Of a stretch of DNA of 64,000 nt, positions 35,081 through 46,872 are shown piece after piece. Under the pieces are notes generated by a model that did not search any database, was not told where the DNA came from, and saw only the letters and a program-made list of their open reading frames with translations. Position 1 is the first letter of the stretch, and the number at the start of each line of letters is the position of its first letter. The stretch comes from Curvularia clavata (taxonomy: Eukaryota), in NCBI GenBank assembly GCA_023920165.1, contig CP089280.1, forward strand, positions 186,001 through 250,000. The letters are read 5' to 3'. The position numbers were made by a program, and so were the translations under genes.

Positions 35081-37389
35081 TGGGGAGGGCTGATCGGCGT
35101 GTAGTGTTGCGGTGGCTGGGGTGGGTGTGGTGGAGTGCAGGGATGCGAAGCGAAGACTGCCAGTCGCGCCGTTCGACTTTGATGAAAGAAATTCTACGAC
35201 GTTGCACTGTGTGGTCCGTACCCCCGTTCGCCATCCCTTTAGCCACCACGACAGCCAGCGAGTGAGAGCCATGCGGGCCTGGGGGGCGAGACCGCTAGCC
35301 CGGCAGCCTTCCTCTCTGACAGCAGCGCTATAGTGTCGCCATGTCCTTAGGGGCCCTTTTGCCGGGACAGCATCATTAGGCGCCGCCGCCGCCCGTTGCC
35401 CACCACAGCCAGCACCACCAGCTGGAGAATCGACTTCATGGCCGCCATGCTCCTCCTCTTCCTCCAGCCTCTCTCATCCGCTGCCTCGACGCCGTCATTG
35501 CTGTCTGTGCTCACGTGGTCGACGCATTCACCCTGTGCGCTCCCAGGCCCCACGGCGCTATAGCCCCTCTCCATATGTTGCGAATATTATCCCAACATCG
35601 CCTGGTATGCAGTTAATTTACTTTCTTTTTCCACTGGCCATCTATCCACGCTCGGTATTGACAACACACGACTGCCGTCACGGACTGCCACGAGCTTCGT
35701 CGACGCTGCTCAGGCCGACAGTAGCTGGGCCAACGCTGCCAGAGACGGACTGTCCAATACATCAGCTCACGATGCAAGTGCAATGTCACGGTGGAGCCGC
35801 ACAGACTGGCAGTTGTCCCGCTTTAGCGTATCTCCATCTCGATCCGGCTACCACAATCTGCCATTTCCATAGCCAGAGCCGAAAACTTTACTTTACACCT
35901 GCTTCCAAATCAATCTGGACCGCCTTCCTCGGCTTCTTGCCACGGCTTTAATGGTACGAACCCGCTGGCCCCTTTCAGACACATGTGGACTCTGTCAGTC
36001 TCCTGGCACAGCGACAGACCTCTCTCGCGGCCTACTACCCTGCGTTGCGTCCACTCGTATTCTCAGAGGCTCCACGTACCACCTGCTGGTGCCCCCATCT
36101 TGAAACAGGCGCCGAATGCTCGACTAGAATCTCACACTAGCAATCGTGCCAGCAGCGCGTGACAGAGATGCTGCGCAGCGCTCAACTGCAACTACCTTTG
36201 TCGTGCGTCGGAGCTAACCTCCCAGTGACATCAGTCAGGCTCCACGACTTGGCTCCATCTGTACGAGTCCTGCACCAGATGTATGATTCAAAGTAGATCT
36301 GCCGGTCAACATGTACCCGATTCTGCTTTTTTCCGACTATCAAGAATGGTAGAGAGGTGTTTCAAAGTAGCAATTGCTGTAAGAACAACCGTCAGTGCTG
36401 CATAATCGGGACTTACTGTCTCTGATTTCCCCGGTACTAGCAAGTAGGGCATTTGGCGTCGAGGTACGTACTGCAGTGCACTCGTCAGCTCATCCGTGCG
36501 GACTCCAAACTGCGCCCAACACTTGACTCAGTGCAGGCTACAAGAGCCCAAGCCTAATCATGGGCAAACGCCGTCTCAGCTTACGTTCCCATGGCCACCG
36601 CCACACCGTTGGTGACGATCATGGTGTGACGAGGCTCTGGAACTACATCATCCCCATCAGTGCATGTCGTACTTTTCAGGCCCGCTCATGGGCCAATGGT
36701 GAAGCAGTGGGCTGGCTTGACTCAGCATGGCCAGGTGGGCCACAGGCCCAGCCAAGAGCTTCGTAACATGTACCCGCAGAGTATAACTGGTTACGCACAA
36801 AGACGTGATCCCGGGAACAAAGAGGAGTACGCAGAGCCGGCCTTAGGCCGGCCCAAAACACTACTGTTCGATTGGCTCACAGCATCTCCGGCAGAAGCCA
36901 TGGTCATTTCCTCGGAGCCGCTAGCCGAGCTAGCTGGACTACATGAGCTGAAGGGTTAAAAAACCGTCCTCAAAGTAGTCCAGGAGTACACTGAGGTAGA
37001 TTGAAGGGGGGGTGGCATCACGCGAACTGCACGAAACGGGAGCGAATGCGAAACAGAGAATAGTCTCGTTACAGCTGGCGTCAATGACTCTAGTCCCTAT
37101 CTCTCCTCGTCGTCATTTGCCCTGCCAGAGCGTCGTCATGTACGAGGGGCAACTGGCTAGTCCAGCCCCAGCGCTGATACGTCGTCTACCATGGATCGCG
37201 CATTCAACGGCGTGAACTGGGGCCCGCAGTCCAAACCCAGGCCCCGGCATCCGGCGATCCGCTTACTCTATCTGTTCGCAACTTGCCGGCTGATCGAATG
37301 CTTGGACGCACAGCGGGGCAGCCACTTCCTTCTCTGATCCATGATGGAGATCAGGGCCCCCAAATATGTCCATGTCTATGTCCGTGCCT

Positions 37390-39229
37390 CTACGTCAGCC
37401 TCTCGAGCCTTACCATCAGCTTGTCACTCTTGGGCGGCGCAGTGTACGAGTCTATCTGCTCAATCCCTGTATCATCCACAATCGTAGTCGTGTAATTCGA
37501 GTACAGTGTTGCCACAATGTACTTCATCTCTGCAGAAGAGTCAGTATGAGCATTGCGGGCTCAGATCCCAGCCCAATGCCTTCTTGGAGAGCATGTGGCA
37601 CGGGACGATCGGCACTTACGATATACCGCTAGGTGACTTCCAACGCACATACGGCCACCGCTGTGCATAGTGAGCAGCAGATTCATTACGTCAACCTTGT
37701 CTGCAACTTACCTTCCAAAAGCCCAAAACCATCGGCTCTCCATGTCTCTCCGTTTCTCTTCGTCCAATTTATCCAGGTCCAGCCAGCGGTCTGGCCTCCA
37801 TTCAGTGGCACGCTCGTACACCTGTTCGTTCAGGTGCAGCAGACCGGCGCTTGCACTCACCCTTACCCCTCCTGGAATATGGTACGGTGCCTCTTCAGGG
37901 CCGAGACGGCAGCCTTGCGGCGGTGTAAAGCGTGGTTGCGGGCCGGGAATGGCTGAGTGAAGACGCAGGGTTTCCCACACCACTGAATGCAACAAAGGAA
38001 GACTATCTACGGCCTTTGGGTCGGGCAGATGGGGTGCGGATGACTTTGTGATGCGTGGAGATAAGCCGAGCAGCTCCTGCTGGAGACGTGCCTGCATCTC
38101 TGGTCTCTTCGATAGTTCATGGACGAGATAGTCCAGTGTGATGCCCGAAGTATCGAACCCTGCCGCCAGATGATCCAGCACCTCACTGGCCATCTCTTGT
38201 GCCTGAGGCACAGGCCCCCCGTTCTTCTTCGCCTCTTTGACCATGCTGCTTTGAAGCTGCTGATACACTACAGGCCGATCCTCAACCGCTGCATCGCCTG
38301 CGTTCAACACACGGCTGGCCTCATCGCACATCCTGGTCGTCCATCGCTCGATCTCACTGTTTGCCTCGTCGACCCATTTTGGCACGAACCGATAGCCCAA
38401 CCACTTTTCCACGAAACTAGTGAATCTTGGAAACTCCTGCGGCCAGAAATTGAAGGATCGGCGCGAGTTGTACAAGTCCAGGAACCAGGCCAGCTGCTCG
38501 CGATTGTCGATTAGGTTCGACCCTGCCCGCAGACCGAAGATGTAGGACGTCACAATATCCATGGTTGTTGCACTCAGCAGTGCATAGATGTTCAGGACTC
38601 CCTTTTCCGACTCGGCAAACGTGGATTCAAGATAGGGCAGAAAGCGATTGTAGAGGATAGTAGATGTGGAGATGCGGAGTGCGTCACTGCCAAGCACATG
38701 CGACTTGCTGTAGATGTTGCTCAACATGCGTTTCCTCTGCGAATGCGGCCTATTGCTACCCGTCGAGAACATATTGCCCGTTCTGTTCGTTGCCCATCGG
38801 CGTCAATACTCGCACGTGCCATGTTCATCTCAAAAAGCAATACACAAACAGGGGGGGAGGGGGAGGGAGGGGGGCTCTTGCTCACCCGCTATAGTTTGAA
38901 AAGAAAGAATACCAGCTGTACCCGTTGATGGCATTGATTTTCTCAAATCCGCCGCCGTAGACATCTCGAATGCCACCCTTGACGCAGTTTACACTGAGCT
39001 CTTTGGGTCCCAGACAGACTATCGGGCCGAGGCGCTCATGAGCATCCTTCAGCGTGGCATTCTCTATGTGTCGCCAGCGGACCGAATCTATCCACAGCGA
39101 GGTAAAATGCGCCAGGGGATGGGCGGCGGGGACCTTGCGCAGTGGATTCCGAACATACTGAACCAGCAGGCGGGCGACGAGCAAGATGGGGATCAGGAGC
39201 ACCGCGGAAGCAAGTGTTGTACCGAACAT
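37390..39229 (-). CDS. Cytochrome P450, multi-exon
   Basis: N-terminal TM, AAGFDTS I-helix, ETLR, WRPDRW, FG|SGGRMCVG haem motif split by an intron. Confidence 0.92.
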
Positions 39230-42200
39230 TGTATCTTTGTCTGTGTGTTTTGCCCAACTCTAAACGTCCAAAAAGGTAAACAAGGCAAGAAAAGCAAAGA
39301 GGGGGGGAAAACAAGGCTGCGGATAAAGTTGAGCTAGTAATTGCTTTTCCGGTCGGCCAAGACAGAGAGAGAGAAAGCGAGGGGCAGTCCAGACGCAGGA
39401 ACAGACAAAGTACCTGTTAGAGTCAGAAAAGAGAAAACGAGAAAAAGCAGTTGGACGACCGGGCCTTTGCTCACGCACGCATAGCCTAGCCTAACCTCCC
39501 GGCTCCGATCGTGTGAAGTCTCTCACAACACCATTTGCCCTTGTTCCCGCACCCAATAACATCATCATGCTTCTTGTTTTCCCCATCCTGGCGTCTGCCC
39601 CTCACTCTTGTGCCCCGCCTGATAGAAAGCGATAGCGTCGCATCCGCTTATCTTATCGGCACTAGTGTGCCCCAAACCAGATAAAAACGTCGGGCGGCCG
39701 TGAATCAGGCCGCCAGAGCAAGACACCAAAGTAAGTTAGGCTGAATAGGGTTAAGCGGCGTTTTCCTCTCGTTCAGCCTCATTTTGCCCCGCTGGATATT
39801 TTGCGCCACGCTGTGTGTGGGCACGTGCGGCTTGGCGGGGGCGGGCGGACAGAGAGAGAGAGAGACCTCGTACTCAACGGATTCAACGGATATGAGTTCA
39901 TGTAGGCTGATGCTTCAAGTCTAGCATTCTTTTGTTGTAGTTCGGTCAGGCGGGTGTGGCGAATGTGACCCAATTCGGGATCGTATGATTATTGATCATC
40001 TGGTTTTTTTTTAGCTGCTAACGTGTATACCCACCATCTCCGTTTTCCTTCTTTCTCCTTTATTGCCTCTTGTTCCGGTGAGTTTCGTCGTTGCATCAAT
40101 ATCCTTGGCTTTTTTCTTGGTCCTCAGGCAAGTAGTTAGAGTTCGGGTACGTAGTAGTGCTTAGGCAGAGCACACGCCTGCCGTACCGTACCGTGGTTTT
40201 TTTGCTGGCCTATACCCACCAAAGACTTTGGATGTGGTTCGATGGGGCGGAAAGTCCCGTTTGGTCGGACGAGCCGGCACCCCACCTTGGTTTCTGAGGC
40301 TTTGAGAAAGTAGGGCGGTGGTGGGTTTTGGTGGATATGCGGGTTGACGTCTGGTTTGGGAGGTTATTTTTCTTTGTCTTTCAGGGTTAGAGGGGCTGAG
40401 TGAAGAGTTTCTTTGTATGCATGCATATGTGAGTGATAACTGATGGGCAGATAGGATTGGATTGGATGCTTCGTTTGGTACACGACGTATTGCTCGGTGT
40501 TGGTGTCGTGTGATGATTCTGGTATCACTGCATATTGTGCGAGAATCGGAAATGAGAAAGGTTGTCCCTAAGCATCGTCATGGCGGTGGAACTTGAGACT
40601 AGATATGGTGTTTCCGTTGGGGAAACAGACTTTGGACGTGTTTTGAATATTCATACTTACAAACTCTCCAAAGACTAAATATTTGATGAAGTATTGGTAG
40701 AAGCACGATATCTCGGGGCTGCTGGAAGAAATCTATAGAGCTCAATGATTCATTTTCTCCTCACTATCTAGTATCCATCGACTCAGGCGTCTTACGGACA
40801 TGATTATTGTACTTTTCTCTATGCCATACAAACTTAGACGCTTGTAAAATGTTCAAAGTCGCCTTCTTTTCTTCGCTGTAGCACCTCACACCTCCTGTAA
40901 AGTTTGTGATATATCGTGTGCATGGATTGTAGAGACTCCAATATAAACACCCAAGCTGAGCATATAACGTCCTTCGCTCATAAGTTCGAAAGCCAAACTT
41001 GAATGAGATAGTCAAGAAGTTTCATAGTACTAGCGAATTGATACGCCGTGTGTTGCAATGTTTACTTCAGTTTATAAAGAAATTGAGAGTATGGTGAGAT
41101 AAGGGAAGGTGTCCCTTCATACTCAATCTACGTCGATAGTCCTAATTTCCAAGTAAACAAGTGGAGGCTTCGATTGGGTTTGAGGGCCATATAACACTCT
41201 GGCTACTTTGCAGATGTGGATGTGATATTTAAATACTCTATTTGTGCATGGCTACATGTATTGAAATCTTTGACTAGGTCAACTTCAGAGTCTCAGAGCA
41301 CCATGTGTAAGTTTTTTCTTAATTTTATTTCAAAGCTATCGTGTTAACACCCTTACCTCCTGTAGGAACAATAGAAGCCTTTGTGCTCAACTTCGAGTCA
41401 GTGCAAATTTAATTTTGTGATTATTGGCGTATTTGGTACAACAGTGAGCAGGGGCTCCTCAAAATTGTAGCCCTCATCTCAATTCACCAGCTTCAGTTCA
41501 TGCACTTAAAGGATATGGGGCTTCGCTCAATAATTTCTACCTATACGAGTCTGTTCAGGGGTGTGTGTCACGCAATATGCTGGCGACCTTTGGTATTGGA
41601 CTTCATTTAATAAACGTTGTTCTCAAGGTCATTTGTTTTACCAGTTGTAATGGAAGTACATGATGTGGCCTAGCTATAAAGTACTATATATGCCTTTCCC
41701 AAGTAAACTTACATCACCATACTCTAACTAACTGCTGAGAAACTATCAACATCCAAGAAAGCTATGATTATTGTCGAAATATTGTTGCATACTAAGTCAC
41801 TCTTAGCTTTACGTGTTTCGGCTTTGTGGGATTAAATGTTTTTGTATCAACTAAGAGGTACCTGTAGCGTACATGTGATGTCAGTAGGCAAGCATATGTC
41901 TTGTTATGTCATTGAGGTCTCGATGCAGGCAAATTTCTTATTGAATGATTAATTAAATGTAAAAAAAGTCAGAAAAACCCCAAGCTTGAACATGCACTCC
42001 TTGGGCAACCTTGTCCAGATGTACTGGTTCCACTGATTGCATCCCGATTTCCCTACTTAGGTCTCTCTTAAAGTTCTTCAAACTTGCTGTCGTGGTCCCA
42101 AAGAACCAAATTCCCCTTGTCAGTCGTCTCATACAGCAGGAACGTGAAGTGTAGTCACGTCCCCAAGATCAGCCTTCTGATACAAGAACATAAAAAAACA

Positions 42201-42238
42201 CTTCCTCGCTGAAGCCGGCCACGTACGCACTGTGTCTC

Positions 42239-44280
42239 TCAATCGTAGCTGACAGTCACAGAGCCGAACTTCTTACCTTTGAAGGTGACGTAGAATTCCA
42301 AGGAGGACTGCAGAGATATGTTAACTTTGAGTCTGACAGAGTAGTACTGGCGACCGGATGGGCTGGTATTCTGTGTCATGTTGTCCTTAGATAGATCACT
42401 CAAATCAACAGTAAGCGTTGTGACACGGCAAACTGACTAGAATGACATTAGCCACGTTAGGTTCAATGGACAGTAGCCTCACCTTGTCCACAGAGCGCGA
42501 TGGAGCAATGTCTGCGTCGCACGAGAAAAGCTTCCAGTGAGCAATTGGCGCATCTCCAGCCCACCACTTAGTACTCATATCCGCAGTTGCATGATTTCCT
42601 TCCAAGGCAGGCAGGTCTTGCCCTTTATTGATCAGCCAGTGCATTTGATGTCTTGCCCTCTTCTTGCCGTGAAACTTGTCGGTGAACATGTCGTCTTTGA
42701 GGTGACGATACTTCTGAAAAGCTTGAGCACATGATGTACCATAATGCCGACGGCTCTTTCGATTCGATACTGTGCTGCTGTCTCGTTCAAGTCCTTTAGT
42801 TGCAGCACCTCGAGCTATCGCCGACCAACTACAGTACAAGTCAGTGTTATGTTTTTCAACAATTTGAGAATACTAACGAGTTGGGAGGCCGAATGACGTG
42901 AATATCCTGCTTTTCCAGATAGCCTCTGATCTTGGCAAACATGTATGGAGATTCTGAAAATCCACCAACCATGAATACATACTAGTAAAGTCAGTAAATA
43001 CAAGTCAAGACTAATCCTTCTCATGGCTGCTTGAGATACAAATTTCTGCGTCGCCACATGGAAGCCTTACCTTGATCTTCAAATCACATACACAAGCGCG
43101 CTGGATCTGCTCCTGGATCAATTCGTATGTTTGGCAAAGGCACGAATCAAACATGGCTCGCGTATCATCCCTAAATCTGTTAGGAATCCTTTGTCAGATC
43201 TGAGATATTGAACTTACGATGTGATCTTCAACTCTCCATCGCTGATCCCTCTCTTCTCGTCATCCTCAATAGCACTGAGTGGGTTGGGTAGTAACAGATA
43301 GTTCGTCTGGGTTCCAGAGAAGCCGCTTTTGACTTCCATGTTGAAGTCTTGAAGAAGCTTGGCTGCCTTCCTAGTGAGAGAAGTACGTGGAATCTCCTCA
43401 CATCGACATTCAGCAATCTTGATAAAGTCTGCGGTTCCCAAACGGCGCTCAAGCCAATGGAGAAATGCACGATCGACAAAACTGCCGCCGCACTGAGCAC
43501 CACTACCAACTGTAGCTTCTTCGATAATAGTTGGTTTGATGCTCGTAACTCGATATGAAATAAGGTCGACGGTTCCACCCCCCATGTCGCAGACAATGAA
43601 GCCGTCTCCGACTGCTAGATTCGCGTCTTGCGCTGTACCGCGGAGCGTCTTTATGGTATATAAAGCAGCAGCTTCCGGCTCTGTCGTGACAACAATGGGC
43701 CGTACCAGCTGTTGGAACTCGAGAGAATTGAAGCCAGCTTTTTCAATAGCCTGCATGGTCCGGTGCTTAGCGATGTCGGACCATACAGCGGGAAATGTCA
43801 CCACCAGGGTAATGGGAAGTGTTCGCCACAACTCTTTGCCGTATTTGTCATCCAGATTTTTGATCAGATGCGCTTTGATTTGAGCGAGAAAGTCGGCAAT
43901 GATCTCCACAGCTGGTCTGCGTGTCTGTGACTGACTCGACATTTCACCGATAATCTTAGCAGCCTCGCCAGTTCCACGGTTGTCCAATTCGAGTTTGGTC
44001 CACATATGCCGTTTCTCATGTGGCGGAATATCACAGCCCCATCGCAGGCCTTCATCTAGATAGGCTACTTCGCTTGGAACCTTTTCTCTCGTGCCGACCT
44101 TGCCGTGGCGTGAAGGCCAGTCGTGGATGACCTCGATATGCTGACGGTCCGTCGGAGGGTTGGAGACCTCGCAAAACGATACACCTAGAATTTTAAGCAG
44201 AGTATTTGGAACTCAAAGCATAACATACCTGTGTATGTAGTGCCATAATCGAGGCCAATCACCAGTCGACTGCTCCCCAT
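42239..44280 (-). CDS. Atypical Hsp70 (HSPA12-type actin-like ATPase), 6 exons
   Basis: MGSSRLVIGLDYGTTYT|G, EKVPSEVAY, VTFPAVWS, TEPEAAA, VCDMGGGTVDL, VGGFSESPY, WSAIARGA. Exons join in frame through to SVTVSYD*. Confidence 0.9.
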
Positions 44281-44604
44281 CTTGTCTTAGTTACGGCAGC
44301 TTTGGTTGTGATTCAGCGTTGGAAGTTCAGGAGCTGCGGCACAAAAACTGTGCTTGATGATACTAAGTGGAAGAGGGGAAGGCGCAGTGAAGGAGACATG
44401 GAGTAGTTAAATTCATAGTAGGAAAAGAGGTCGTCGGAGTGAAGGTGAGGCAAAGAGTGAGGTGATGATGAGGAGAGCAGTGAAGGTGAGAGTGAGAGCG
44501 AGCACGGCGCTATAACCTTTGCGTCTCACTTGCAAAGTTCGCTCAGCAATACCTCATCTTGTCAGAAAACCTTAACTACATGATTTCCTTCACAAGCTAC
44601 AAGC

Positions 44605-46212
44605 ATGAACCGCAACCAAAACTTAGGTTTCTTCAAGTCAACTGTAAGTGCCACTATCATTGCTCGCATTATAAGCTTATCATCAGGTTAGTCCCAAGCC
44701 GCTGTCATGAAAGAAGCAGAGTATCCAGTTACGCCGACCAAGCCTCGTGGAAACCAGACCAGGCAAAACTATGTGGGAGAATTTTCCAGTAACCCACAGA
44801 GTTGTGCCGGCTCTACACGATCTGCAAACCACAGCAGTAATGGCGTAGAAAAGCATCTACAATTCAATAGTGTCACATCAGCCATGCAAAACCGAGACGC
44901 AGGAGGGACTTTTTGGCACAACAACCTACGACGTCAAAACAGGAAGCTGTTCTTCAGTAACAAGAACCTGCATGAGATGAATAACCGCTTGAAAGCGCGT
45001 GTTGGGCGACTCACTGCAGAATGCGACGACATGAAAAGAGAGAAGACCCGCAGCGATAAAGAGTACAAAGCCAGCATACAAAAAATATCCTCCGAAGCAG
45101 AGGCATCCAAATATCTCCGAGGCCAACTAGAAAATTTCGGAGCACAAAAAGAGGCACTGAGAGAGGACCTCATGGCCTCTCGCTTGCAATGTCAGTCACT
45201 AGAGGAACAGCTATATCATCGAGAGGCCAAACTTCAGGATTCGCTCCAAACCCTGAAATTATGTCGAGATGAAGCCCGAGGCCTGAGGGATCAGGTACAA
45301 GCGCTACAGAAAGAAATGCTCGCGCAAGTACCCAACAACGAAGTCATTACTGACGAGGTATTTTCTCGCGACTTCCATGCCATAGTCTCCCTGGTAAAAT
45401 CACTCAGCCGATCGATTCAGCCTCCACAAAACGTCGATATTTTGGATGCTCTGGAGCCCGGCGTGCTACTGCGTGATGTGTCAAAGCATCATTGGGATAC
45501 ACGTGCGCGCAAAAAGGCCTATGTCGAGGCGTGGATATGGTCAGTCCTCATTGATAAAGTCTTTCGGTATGCCTTCGGACCCTGTAAAGACCTCGTAAAC
45601 CTCCATATATACTGGTGCTTTATATTCGGTGATAGTTGGATCAATCGCTGGCCAAAACCAAATCCAGAATCTGAGACTTGGCGCTTTACAACCGTGACCA
45701 AATTGGTTGGAGACACTGGACAGGAGACGCTCATTGCCGGGCAAGATCATGGAGATCGTCCAGGACTGAATGCATATGCTCACCAGCTGCAGCAGGAGAT
45801 GCTTGAGAGACGAGGATACGTTGCGAATATAATCAAATCGCACCTCACTGCGGTAGTGCCAACGTCTGATCTTTCTCATATCTCAGAGGTTGTCAACAAG
45901 GCATTCGCGTTGGCTCTGGATATGTCCATGCAACGCTTCCGCGTCCAAGTCACTTGGCCCGACATTGGCGAGGAATTTGAAGCAAGCAGTATGACTCCAG
46001 TCCCCGACCGTAACGGCGAAGAAATCCGCAGAGGTGTCGTCGCGTTTATCGTGAATCCTGGACTCTCCCGGTGGGGCAATGCCCGTGGGCAGGATTTCGG
46101 CGTTTGCCATGAGATTGTACCGTCTCTGGTACAGCTTGAGCCAGTGCAGACCAGGCGGGAAGCTTTGCATGTTCTTGTCCCCATTAAACAAGGACCAGAG
46201 GAGGTCCAGTAA
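44605..46212 (+). CDS. Coiled-coil protein with C-terminal GrpE-like beta region; exons 44605-44643 and 44692-46212
   Basis: MNRNQNLGFFKST|SQAAVMKEAE via a 48-nt GTAAGT..TAG intron; heptad region; C-terminal GEEFEASSM..GVVAFIVNPGLSRWG..IVPSLV. Confidence 0.75.
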
Positions 46213-46627
46213 TGTGTTTTGGATTGCAAGAGGTATGAGGGGATGATGTCGATATTGAAATCGATGTGCAAAGTGGAGAGATGGGGGAATAATATCAGAT
46301 TGATCATGACAGAGAAGAGATTGGTAGGAAAGGAACCGATGATGGCGACATGTTTTCCGTGTTCAAAACACACTGAACACCTTGGCTGAGCTCATCGATA
46401 GTATTGACAGTACTGGATTTCCACCTGTGCTATTTTAGGCAAGGCGTCTGAGTCAGTTATTCAGGAAAGGCAAGGGTATAGTGCGGTATGAGTCGATAGA
46501 AAAGTTCAAAAATCGATGACGAGATGTATGAAATCCGATGCATGTGTGAGGCGTTTTGTCGCATGTCATTGAGTTTTGGCGTGGATCGAAGTTAGAGAGG
46601 GACGTGTAAAGTGTGTTCACGTCACAG

Positions 46628-46826
46628 GCGCGTCGACGCGATGACATTTCCAGGACTAGCGCGCCGAACGCGTCGGGCCCATTCTCGATACTACCAACAC
46701 CGGCCCTGTATTCTAACCATACCCCGTATTGTTTACCCTTCCAATGCTGAGTATCGAGACTCAGTATACCTCATTCCATACCGCTAGTATTACCCAGAAC
46801 TCGCCAGACGCGTTTTTGTGCGCGTT
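46628..46826. promoter_or_regulatory. Cluster of MCB-type (ACGCGT) cell-cycle elements upstream of CDC45
   Basis: ACGCGT at 46668-46673 and 46808-46813, plus GCGCGT/ACGCGA variants; fits MBF control of replication genes. Confidence 0.6.
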
Positions 46827-46872
46827 TGCTCTACGCCTGCACGCAGGCTAGACGTACACACCCACGACCGCA

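Noticed and set aside
37390..39229. Secondary-metabolite cluster around the P450
   Set aside because: No PKS, NRPS or terpene synthase nearby; neighbours are unrelated genes.
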